Source: Candidatus Saccharimonadales bacterium (GTDB lineage: Bacteria; Patescibacteriota; Saccharimonadia; Saccharimonadales; 2-12-FULL-41-12). From it: 64,000 nt of DNA. Numbering within the stretch: position 1 is the first letter of the stretch; the number at the start of each line of letters is the position of its first letter. The stretch is from positions 5,690 through 69,689 of the forward strand of contig JANWLD010000003.1 in NCBI GenBank assembly GCA_025451045.1, written 5' to 3'. The translations under genes and the position numbers were made by a program. A model generated the notes under the pieces. The model searched no databases and was not told the DNA's origin. It saw only the letters and a program-made list of their open reading frames with translations. Positions 1 to 9,900 of this stretch are shown here, piece by piece.

Positions 1-190
1 TACCAAGAGCATCGTCGGGTAGCTATGTGCGGACGGGATAAGCGCTGAAAGCATATTAAGCGCGAAGCCTCCCTCAAGATTAGATTTCCCTATGAGGACA
101 CTGAAAGACCATCAGTTTGATAGGCGCAAGGTGGAAGTGCGGTAACGTATGGAGCCGAAGCGTACTAATAGTCCCATTGACTTTTTACGA
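1..190 (+). rRNA. rrl: 23S rRNA, 3'-terminal ~190 nt (gene continues beyond left edge)
   Basis: Conserved 23S 3'-domain strings GCTGAAAGCATATTAAG, GTTTGATAGGC and GTACTAATAG in the expected order. The 3' boundary is approximate. Confidence 0.85.
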
Positions 191-206
191 CCAGAACAAA
201 CGTGTC

Positions 207-247
207 GTAACTGCCTGCTTCCGGCTGAGCCGGAACACCGCAGTTAC
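207..247 (+). repeat. Conserved hairpin motif, copy A (23S-5S spacer)
   Basis: GTAACTGC-CTGC-TTCCGGC-TGA-GCCGGAA-CACC-GCAGTTAC. The core 29-mer is 27/29 identical to copy B. Confidence 0.8.
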
Positions 248-567
248 TACTGGCGCATTTCGCAGTTTTCATCTGCGGGACGCAGTCGATGTATTCCCAT
301 ACATCTCCTTTGCGGTTCCTCGATGATAAACATGCAAACTGCATCCAGTCACGTCCGTTCTGGCAAGTCCATGAAAATGGCAAAACGTGTATTTTGGCTA
401 GTTATTTGTGGTTATCATCACAACGCTAATGTTTATTAATTCAGCCTTGTTGGACTTCGTCCAAACGCCTCTAACAGAGGCGTAGAGATTAGCTTTTAGT
501 TATTAGTGTTTAGTTTTCAACTAACTACTAACTACTATTTACTAACTTCTGCGCTTCGAAAGAAGCG

Positions 568-687
568 TTTGGTCGGTGTCCACAGAGTAGGGGTCCCACC
601 TGTTACCATTCCGAACACAGAAGTTAAGCCCTACATCGGCAACAATACTTGGGTTTTAACCCTGGGAAGATAGCACGATGCCGAATT
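568..687 (+). rRNA. rrf: 5S rRNA
   Basis: Strong similarity to bacterial 5S: TTTGGT...CCCACCTGTTACCATTCCGAACACAGAAGTTAAGCCC...GGGAAGATAGCACGATGCCGAA. Length ~120 nt; ends approximate. Confidence 0.9.
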
Positions 688-695
688 TTGCGCTT

Positions 696-722
696 AAGCC
701 ACCTTATGGGTGGCTTTTCGCT
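696..722 (+). terminator. Intrinsic terminator after 5S rRNA
   Basis: Stem AGCCACC / GGTGGCT with loop TTATG, followed by TTTCGCTTT. Confidence 0.6.
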
Positions 723-724
723 TT

Positions 725-751
725 ATGAGAGGAGGGGATTCCTCCTCTCAT
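725..751. other. Perfect 11-bp-stem hairpin between the rRNA operon end and the 3' end of the GHKL gene
   Basis: ATGAGAGGAGG-GGATT-CCTCCTCTCAT. No T-run on either strand. Confidence 0.5.
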
Positions 752-807
752 CGCGCCGGGCAGTCGAATAAATCGCCTGCTCGGGCTGCTCACCTCCCAA
801 ACCTTAT

Positions 808-2238
808 TTAATTTAATAGGGTACGAAGACTATCCGAAAAAGTATCTAAAAATGTATCTATCAACTCTTCGTTTTTAGGCGAGGATATTCTAGATAAACC
901 GGCAGCAATCGAGTAGGTTAAGAAGTCAATAGAATTGGTTAAATCCTTATTGTCTGATACCTCTGCAAATACATTCTGGTAAAAAGGATGCTCTGTGTTA
1001 TAGACAATTTTTATCTTTCTACCTAAAGTTTCGTACTCAAAGATTGGTCCTAGTCTTCCCATATTTTTTTTGCTCCAAGTGGCTTCAGCATGATGCCTAT
1101 CTCGCCATTCCGTCGATTCTGAAGAATCTTCAGAAAGAGTGTCGGGCAATAACTTTGATTTGAGCTTGAATGTGTTTTCAGAACTTTCATGGTCTACAGA
1201 GTCTTCTACCTCTTTCGCCGTATCCTTGCTCGCTTGTTGCTTTATAGCAAGAAGCTGAGGTTGAACATGATGGTCGATCCAATTCTTCAGTGTCTCGTCC
1301 AGGCTTTTTATCGAGATTCCATTTTTTGTAAAGGTTACCCCCATGAGCTTATCTAGGCCAGCAGGGAAGTAAATTTCTGCCCTAAATCGGTTAAAGTTAT
1401 TGTGCCTTGTGAAAACTCCTAAGGTTTCACTACGTGCAATCTGCCTGTTATTTCGAAGTAAGTAGAAACCTTGGTTAGGAATGTTTATTCCTTTAGACAC
1501 TGATTCAGTTCTGGAGAGTCGTGGCAAAGCTACAATTTTGAGCCTTACTGGCTCTCCATTAAAGTCTTTACTTTCATCAATTAGAACCATAGTTCGATCG
1601 TCATCACGCATTAAGGGGTCTGATGATTTTACTTCAGTACTTCCAACATAAATCTTCTTTCCTGCACTAATAAACTCTCGATAAGTTTCTGCAAAATGCC
1701 GGACAAGCGTGCTTTTAAATACACTTAAGTTTTTATTTTGTAGCAAGTCAGCATTACTAATGTATATGACTGTGCCAGATCTGCTTCCTCCGACTCGTCG
1801 CAAAAAAGCATTTTTTTCTGTGTCGTTGGATTGTCTGACAACGGCAACGAAATCACCATTTCTCTTTATTTGCTCCACGTCGTGAATAGCAGTCCAAAAC
1901 TGTTCTGCTTGCTTTGTAACAACTACCAATTTTTTGCCCATAGAAATGCTTGCAGTAACAAGGCCCATACCATATTTACCCAAGTCTGATTTTTCATCTT
2001 TTTCTATTTTTGAACCCAGTCTAATCGCCTCTCTTAATGTTCCCTCATTCATCCCTTGGCCGTTATCAGAGACTGTAATTAAGTAGTCGTCGTTAGTTTT
2101 GCCTATGTCTACTCTAACCAAGCTCGCGTATGCGTCTAGTGAATTATCGACTAGATCTGCTATCGAGGAGTAGTTATCATAACCGACTTGTCGCAAGGCA
2201 TCTATTAATTTTGAAGCATTCGGTTTATTATCTTGCAT
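808..2238 (-). CDS. GHKL-superfamily ATPase, MORC-like (HATPase_c_3-type)
   Basis: 476-aa ORF. N-box DLVDNSLDA, G1 box SDNGQGM, G2 box GKYGMGL, and the transducer-like string GFYLLRNNRQIA. Visibly AT-richer than neighbouring core genes. Confidence 0.75.
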   Translation of the reverse strand: MQDNKPNASKLIDALRQVGYDNYSSIADLVDNSLDAYASLVRVDIGKTNDDYLITVSDNGQGMNEGTLREAIRLGSKIEKDEKSDLGKYGMGLVTASISMGKKLVVVTKQAEQFWTAIHDVEQIKRNGDFVAVVRQSNDTEKNAFLRRVGGSRSGTVIYISNADLLQNKNLSVFKSTLVRHFAETYREFISAGKKIYVGSTEVKSSDPLMRDDDRTMVLIDESKDFNGEPVRLKIVALPRLSRTESVSKGINIPNQGFYLLRNNRQIARSETLGVFTRHNNFNRFRAEIYFPAGLDKLMGVTFTKNGISIKSLDETLKNWIDHHVQPQLLAIKQQASKDTAKEVEDSVDHESSENTFKLKSKLLPDTLSEDSSESTEWRDRHHAEATWSKKNMGRLGPIFEYETLGRKIKIVYNTEHPFYQNVFAEVSDNKDLTNSIDFLTYSIAAGLSRISSPKNEELIDTFLDTFSDSLRTLLN

Positions 2239-2270
2239 TGTAAAAATCCTTTTCTTAAAATATTGACACT

Positions 2271-2295
2271 AAAAAAACCGCAAATCCAAATGCGG
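2271..2295 (-). terminator. Intrinsic terminator downstream of the 100-aa basic protein gene
   Basis: Minus strand reads CCGCA-TTTGGATT-TGCGG followed by T7. Confidence 0.65.
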
Positions 2296-2383
2296 CTATG
2301 AAGAATCTAATATATCCATTGTACTCCTTTCGTCCCAACGTGCTATACGCGAGGACTAATTTAAGTACTTACATTATAGCATG

Positions 2384-2686
2384 TTAGTCAAATCTCTTAT
2401 ATCGAACTGGTCCACGCTTTTGTCTGGCTGGTTTTCGTTTTCTAGGCTGTGGAGGCTTGTTAACAATCTTGTAATTTCCTAAATTAGCACTGGTTGTACC
2501 GGGCGCTGCAGTTAATATATTACCTGTTCCATGTTTTCTATAGTGTCGGGCTTGATCGCGCTTTAAGTCAGCCAATTCTTTTGGAGACAAATCAGTGTGT
2601 TTTCTCCTGCCACGAGTGAGAGGATCGCTTCTTAGCTGTCTGTTTTCCTCCTCGAATGCAGGGATGTATTTTGGATTTTTACTCAT
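2384..2686 (-). CDS. Hypothetical small basic protein (100 aa)
   Basis: Intact ORF with a K/R/P-rich C-terminus (PPQPRKRKPARQKRGPVRYKRF) and its own terminator. No family recognised. Confidence 0.5.
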   Translation of the reverse strand: MSKNPKYIPAFEEENRQLRSDPLTRGRRKHTDLSPKELADLKRDQARHYRKHGTGNILTAAPGTTSANLGNYKIVNKPPQPRKRKPARQKRGPVRYKRFD

Positions 2687-2778
2687 AGTTTAATTATAAA
2701 CTTTTAAGGCAATTCTTCGAAGAGGGCTTTGTTGCGGACGGGTTTATAATAAGAAGTACTAAGTAGGAGGGAGTTATT

Positions 2779-3207
2779 ATGAAAATGAGTCCAGTGGTGC
2801 ATTTTGAAATGGGGTACAAAGACAAGGCGCGAATGGTTAAGTTCTATCAGACCGTTTTTGGCTGGAAAACCCAGCAGATGGGGCCAGAAATGGGAGAATA
2901 TGTAGTTGCGCAGACTACCGAAACGGATACAGATGGAATGGTTCAAACAAAAGGAGCAATCAACGGAGGTTTTTATCAAAAGACCGACGATCCCGCTTCC
3001 CACCCACCGTCCATAGTTATATCGGTAGATGATATACAAGCTGCTATGAAAGAGGTCGCTAGTGCCGGTGGTACAATTGCCGGAGCCAGGGGTCCAGACG
3101 GCAAGCGAACGCTGGAGCCTCAAGATATCCCGGGTGTTGGCCTGTGGATCTCGATTATTGACCCCGAAGGCAATCGAGTAAGCATGCTCCAGCCAAAAAG
3201 CATGTAA
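2779..3207 (+). CDS. VOC/glyoxalase-family protein
   Basis: 142 aa. Typical VOC pattern (VHFEM..., FYQTVFGW..., DPEGNRVSM). SD AGGAGGGAG upstream. Confidence 0.75.
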   Translation: MKMSPVVHFEMGYKDKARMVKFYQTVFGWKTQQMGPEMGEYVVAQTTETDTDGMVQTKGAINGGFYQKTDDPASHPPSIVISVDDIQAAMKEVASAGGTIAGARGPDGKRTLEPQDIPGVGLWISIIDPEGNRVSMLQPKSM

Positions 3208-3211
3208 GGCT

Positions 3212-3574
3212 CTATTTTCTCTTTTGAAGGTTGCGTTCTACGCAGGCTTTGGTGATTTTGCGGATTAAATCCAGCGGCAGGGGCTTGCCTAGCGCCAGCC
3301 GGATAGTTCCTTTAGACGTTTCATAACCGGATAACTCCTCTGCAAACTGTTTAATCGGCGCGGAGCCGGGATAAAAGCCGATATGGGTATCATAGCCGGC
3401 AAAATGCAGCAGATTGCCATGAAAGGTGAGGGTCGGTATGCCATAGGCTATCTTTTCTTTGGCTTCGGGAACCTCTTCATTAACGGTTTTTCTGATTTCA
3501 TCCAGTTTTTTTCTAGTCTCACCGGAAAAGTCGGCCAGATATTCATCGATATCCTTATAATTTTTCATTCCCAT
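3212..3574 (-). CDS. DUF1801 (YdhG-like) domain protein
   Basis: 120 aa. IDEYL...LDEIRKTV...EKIAYGIPTLTFHGNLLHFAGYDTHIGFYP matches the YdhG-like family as I recall it. Confidence 0.7.
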   Translation of the reverse strand: MGMKNYKDIDEYLADFSGETRKKLDEIRKTVNEEVPEAKEKIAYGIPTLTFHGNLLHFAGYDTHIGFYPGSAPIKQFAEELSGYETSKGTIRLALGKPLPLDLIRKITKACVERNLQKRK

Positions 3575-3801
3575 AGATCAATTATACATAAAATTTATAG
3601 AAGCCTGTGGAAAACTTTTTATTACGGACAAAATAGTTGTACCAAATACATTATTCAATCAGTAGTGAGAATTTATCCATTTAAGGTGTTATTTTGCACT
3701 TTTTAAAGTGTTTAAGGTAAAAAATGTTGAAATATTAACAATGATTGAATACAAAAAATGACCCAAAACAGAGGGTTTTAACGTCAAAATTAGCGAATAA
3801 A

Positions 3802-3824
3802 TAAGTGTGTCTGAGACACACTTA
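3802..3824. promoter_or_regulatory. Perfect palindrome abutting the -35 of the giant-gene promoter (candidate operator)
   Basis: TAAGTGTGTC-TGA-GACACACTTA, a 10-bp arm palindrome ending 6 nt before TTGACA. Confidence 0.35.
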
Positions 3825-3830
3825 AACAGA

Positions 3831-3859
3831 TTGACAGTGTCACATTTATGGCCGATAAT
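3831..3859 (+). promoter_or_regulatory. Sigma70-type promoter for the giant gene
   Basis: TTGACA-17 nt-GATAAT. Predicted A-rich ~46-nt leader without an obvious SD. Confidence 0.5.
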
Positions 3860-3911
3860 GAACACTGTATCTACTCAAGATAAAAAACAAACCAAAAACT
3901 AAAACAACAAA

Positions 3912-6900
3912 ATGGCCGCTACAAAAATTAAAAAATGTCAGATGTGTTTAGCCTTGTTCACGGCAACAAGGAAGGATGCTAAGACTTGCTCTGCCACCTG
4001 TCGTAAGCGCTTGCACAGGACATTACAGGCCAATACTGTTCAAGAAAAAGTTGCTAAGGTCGAAAGGGTAGTCAGCGAGGAATTCCACCGCCTGGCAGGC
4101 AGTTTGCTGGGAAACCATGTGGCTTTTGAGCCGCTTTTGTTATCTGACGAGACTGGCAGTATACCGGTAGTAGAGGCGCCACCGGAGACTACCGAAAACA
4201 ACTTAGCTTCGACGGATCCTGTAGTTGCCCCTCCAACATGGGCAGAAGGAGAAGCCCACCAGCTTGCATCGGTAGCTGCGCCGGTTTCTGTAAGTCCTGC
4301 TGCACCTGCTCCGGCACCTGCGCAGCCGGCGCCTACCCAACCCTTACATCAACCGGGTAATGTTTTTACACCTGATTCTGCCGCTCCTCAGGCCAGTACT
4401 ACACCTGTAGCGGCAGAGACCACTACGAATAGTACCAATAGTGACTCTCTGGAATCAGAACAAAAAACAACTTCTAACCAGAATCTGCCAACCGATATAA
4501 CAAACCAAACTATACAGCCAACAGCCACAAACCCATCAAACGAATTAAATAATCAGTTGGGAACAGCGGCGGCCCAGCAACGCGTAGATTTATTCAGTAT
4601 GGCTTCCAGTTCCGGGCCAGTAGCCGTAACAGATAAACAGGCCGATACTTATTCGCCTTTGAATTTCATCAAAGGTATATTTGGGCTTGGAAATTCTGAA
4701 GCTAGCCGCAAACGGCGTAATTGGGCTCTTGGACTGGTTTTACCCCTGTTTCTTATCGGCATAGGCGGCTCGATATTTTTCAGTTTGCAGGAAAAAAACC
4801 ACCAGTTGGCATCAAACCAGCAACAGGCTGAACCATCCGGCCCGGCCAAACCGATTAACTTTAGCGACGGCTATAAATTGTCAACAAACGTACCTCTGGA
4901 AGCCAATCAATCAATAATCATTTCGCCGACCGCTCAGCCGAAAGACCTGCAAAAAGGGCAGATTTTCTTCGATCAGACGGCAAATGAGCTATTTTACTAT
5001 AACGGAACAGAGGTTATAGGTCTGAATCCTTCGACTATCACTATTAACGGCCAAGGCGGCGATGTCGCGCTTGGTTCGGGACTCGGTTTCTCTGGCGGTA
5101 CACTTTCTAACAGCGGCGTAACAGGCATAAACGGCACAGCGAACCAAATAAACGTAAACCATGCCACAGGCAGTGTTACCCTTAGCTTGCCTCAGAATAT
5201 TGGTACCGCTTCGACACCGACATTTGCCGGGCTTAATTTGGCTTCCGCATTGCCGGTTAGCGAGGGCGGCACTGGCGCGACAAGCTTTGCGGCAAACACA
5301 GTTCTTCTTGGCAATGGCTCGGGTGCTTTGCAATCGACCAACGTTGGCTCCACCGGTGAGTGCTTGATAATAGACAGCGGAGGAACACCAACTTTTCAGA
5401 ACTGTGCTAGTGGGGGCGGCGTTTTTGCTGGAGGTTCACAGACCCCGGGAACTTTAACCAAATTTGACACCACAACCAACCAGATAGTTGACTCTCTTGT
5501 CAGTGAATCTGGCAGTACTGTTACGGTAAACGGCGACTTGTCTATAACAGGCACGACCAGCGGTAACGGTTCCGGATTGACCGACCTGAACGCTAGCCAG
5601 TTGACTTCCGGTACCATACCTTCTGCCAGAGTAACTGGAAACTATACCGGCATCACTGGTACAGGTGCTTTAACAACCGGTTCTATAGCTTCTGGTTTTG
5701 GCACTATTTCTACCGGCAATAACATTACTACTAGTGCTACTATACAGGGCGGCGTAGTCAATGCTACCACTACTTTACAACTAGGCGGTACAAACATTAA
5801 CACCGGCGGTACTTTGTCCAATGTAGCTTATTTGGACCAGGACAATACTCTCACCGGGCATAACTTGTTCCAAAACTTCTCTAATTCCACAACAGCATTT
5901 CAAATACAGAATTCCACCGGCACTTCTAACCTGTTTGTAGCTGATACTACAAATACTCGTATAGGTATTGGTACCGCCGGTCCCGGTTATAGGCTGGATG
6001 TCCAAGGCGGAGACATTAACACCAGCGGTATGTATAGAGCCAATGGCTCGCAAATCAGCAGTGCCAACCTGAGCAATGATGCCAATCTGGCCAAAATTAA
6101 TGGCAGTAACATCTTTAGTGCGGCCAATACATTCAGTAGTACGGTAGCAATCCAGGGAGCTAACAGCCTGACACTGGGTACCGCCAGCAATGTCGGCAGT
6201 GTTATTTTCCGGGATGGTGCCAGTGCCAACACCGGCACGCTTCAACTGGAAGGTACTTTAGGCGGCAACGTTACCTACAATCTGCCGACAAGCACGGGTA
6301 CCCAAACTGTCTGTACGATAGAAACCGGCAATTGTGCCGGCTCAGGCTCCGGGGTCACTGGCTCTGGTACTATCAACAAACTGGCTAAGTTTACTGATGG
6401 CCAAGAAATTGGTGATTCTAGCATTACCGACGATGGCTCTACGGTTACTGTATCTGCCAGCCAGGTTATCCAAGGCGCCGCTGGCCTGACTATCGGTGCC
6501 AACGCTGTCAATGGCCAGTTGGTGCTTAAAAACAGCAGTAACGCTAACACCTTGACCCTTCAAAGTGGTGTTACTACCAGTAACTTGACCCTAACTTTGC
6601 CTACGGGAGACGGCTCTAACGGTTACTGTCTGAAGACTAATGGCAGCGGCATATTGGCATTTGCAAGCTGTACCGGCGGACCCGGTGGAGGCGTAACCTC
6701 AGTTAATGCTCTATCAGGTACTTTGAACTTAGAAGGGACAGCAAACCAGATTAGTGTCAGCAGCGCCGGTGATACTATAACGCTATCTTTGCCGCAAGAT
6801 ATTAATATCGGCGGTAATGCTGCCTTTAGAACGATTACCCTTACCGGCGCTGACACTGCCGACAACCTGATAGTAGCCAACGCTCTCAGCGGGGCTACTG

Positions 6901-9900
6901 GTAAGCTGTTAGACCTCAAGGTCAATAATGTAAGTAAAGTTACGATTGATGCCAGCGGTAATATTAATACCGTAGGCCAGTATCAGGTCAACGGCTTGCA
7001 AATCAGCAGTGCCAATCTGAGCAATGATGCCAATCTGGCCAAACTGGACGGAACTGGTCCCCAAACTTTCACTGGCAACAATCTCTTTAAATCTGACTCC
7101 ACAACGGCCTTCCAAGTACAAAACTCGGCCGGCACCTCCAACTTATTTGTAGCTGATACGACGAATACGCGTATAGGTATCGGTACTCCTACACCGGGTT
7201 ATACTCTAGATGCTAATGGGGATATTAACACCAGTGGTGTCTATCGGATTGGCGGTAATACTATCTGTTCGGCTTCCGGCTGTACTGCAACTTCCGGCTC
7301 AGGCAGTTATGTACAAAACGGTACTGTTATGCAGACAGCCAATTTTAATATCCAAAGCGCCGCCGCCGGCTCTGTAACAGCTGTTATTCAAGGGGCCAAC
7401 TCACAGAGCGCTGATTTGCTTCAGCTGAAGACCAGCACTCCGTTTACTGTCATGTCAGTAGGCGCTACGGGCGCTGCTCTATTTAAAAATTCCGCCGATT
7501 CCACCGCTGCTTTCCAAATCCAAAACGCCGGGGGTCAAAGTCTATTCGTGGCCAATACTACAGCCCAACAGATAGCCATAGGCCCAGCTGCCATTCCTGC
7601 TAATGGAGTTCTAACTATTGGCACAAACACCACAGCCACCAGTGGGGGTATCTACTTTGGTACGGATACGAATCTATACCGTTCAGCAGGTGCTACATTG
7701 ACAACGGATACTGCTCTAACGGTGGGAGGCACATTAGCTGTTGCCGGTGGTGTTTCCGGCGGCGGGACAGGCGCATCTGGTGGAACGGGCGGTGGAGCTT
7801 CTGGAGATGATGGTGGTGCGGGAGGTGGCGCTATTGGTACAGTCAACGGCGGAAGTAGTACAGGCATAGATACTGGCATTACTGGTGCTCAGAGTATCGA
7901 TATTTCCGGACTCTTTGCTGTATTAACCAACGTGGGAGGCTTTCCTACTACCAGTCCTGGTGCTGGTAGTCCAACCGGAAGTGGTGTAACTGCTAATATA
8001 AACCATGGTGGTAGTGCTACCGGATTTGGTTGTGGCGGCGGCGGCGCTGGCTTCTATGGAGGCAATGGCGGTAATGGATTATACGGAGGTGGTGGTGGAG
8101 GAGCGGCAGGCTTCAGTGCTACTAACATGACAGGTGGCGCAGGCGGCCAAGGAGTAGTTGTTATAAGTCCTGTCGGTGGCACTAATGTAGTTAAAACCTC
8201 TGGAAGTTCTTATACTGTACCTGCGGGTATTACAACTATCAAAGTCTGGGCTATCGGCGCGGGTGGTGGTGGTGGTGGAGCTACCGACATTGACCCAAGT
8301 TCGGGGGGCGGCGGCGGCGCTGGTGGAGTTGCCTATAGAACTTTTGTAGTTGTACCAGGCAATACCATTTCCTATAGTTTAGGAACTGGAGGAGCAGGAG
8401 GAATCGACACTAATAATGGAACGGATGGAGGCAGTACTACTTTCACCGTAGGGGCAACCACAATCACGGCGAACGGCGGCGCAGGAGGCAAATATAATAA
8501 TGCAGCTACAAATAACGGAGGCACCTTTTCTAGTGGAAATACCGGTTCGGTAGTAGTTAACGGCGGCCTTACCGTTACAGGAAATACAACACTATTCCAG
8601 AACTATACTAACTCCACAACAGCTTTCCAAGTTCAGAATACCGCGGGTACTAACATTTTCAATGTTGATACAACTAACTCAAAAATTGGTACTGCCAATA
8701 CCACTGTTGCTTCTACTGATTCAGCCGCTCTAACCATTAAGTCTGGTGATGCCAGCGGTAGCACATCAAACTCTGGTGCTGTTACGATTGATTCCGGCAC
8801 GGCCACTGGCACGGCAGGTAACATAAGTATCGGTACCGGCGCATATGCCCATAATGTCACCATAGGTAACACTACTGGTAGCTCAGCCGTGACCATCCAA
8901 GGCGGCACTGGCGCTATAAATATCGGCACCCAAGCTGTAGCCGACACTATAACTATTGGCAATAGCACCGGCGCTAGCTCGGTTGTTATAAACAACGGTA
9001 CTGGTGCCTTGAACATCGGAACAAACGCCATTGCCCATACTATTACACTGGGCAACAGCACTGGCGCTACATCTATTGTCGCCAACTGTGGCACTGGTGC
9101 CTGTAGCTTCGGTACCAATGCTATAGCCCACACTACGACGGTGGGTTCATTAACCGGTGCTGCCACCACCACGATCCAAGGCGGTACCGGCGGTGTCAAC
9201 CTTGGCACCGGCGGCATAGCTAACACCATTCAGATCGGTAACACTACTGGCGGTGTGGCCCAGACTATCAATATCGGCAATAATGGTACCGGCGGTTCCA
9301 CTAACACCGTAGTCATAGGCTCAACCATTGCAGGAGCCACAACATTGCAAAGCGCAGGAGGAGTGTCAATAACTACTCTTGGCTCTGCTGATACAGCGAC
9401 CTTCTTGTGCCGCAACAGTAGCAACATTATAGCTACCTGTACTTCTTCTGGTACATCTTTTAACCAGAGTGGCAACAGTTTCGGCGCCACAGCTACATTG
9501 GGTACCACTGACAATAACGGCCTGAACATAATAACCAACAGTGCCACCGTGGCCAGCCTGAGCAATAGCGGCGCCGCTCTCTTCAAAAACGCCTCTAACT
9601 CAACAGCCGGTTTCCAGGTACAAAACAGTTCGGGCAACGAACTTCTAACAGTCGATACTACTAACAGCAAGATTATATTGGGCAAAGCCAATACGGTGAA
9701 TGGTACCATTGACTTCAAGAGCAGCAGCTCGGCCTATACCGTTACCTTGCAAGCTGGCGCGACTGGCTCTACCAACCCTAGTTTCACGTTGCCGACAGCT
9801 GATGGCACAACCGGTCAATGTTTGCAGACCAATGGTAGCGGCGTGCTATCATTTGGCGCTTGTATTGGTGTCGGTACAACGGGGACATTACAGCAATCTT

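Noticed and set aside
117-439. Three ORFs of 69-96 aa (117-326 +, 149-439 +, 165-383 -) in the 23S-5S region
   Set aside because: They overlap the 23S 3' end and the structured spacer, have no SD, and have Cys/Arg/Ser-rich composition typical of translated rRNA-operon DNA.
2704-3123. 139-aa minus-strand ORF
   Set aside because: It is entirely antisense to the well-supported VOC-family gene (2779-3207), with no recognisable motifs.
5860-7290. Internal repeats of the giant gene as a possible DGR template/variable-repeat pair
   Set aside because: Differences between the copies are not adenine-specific. No reverse transcriptase or Avd-like gene is in the window.
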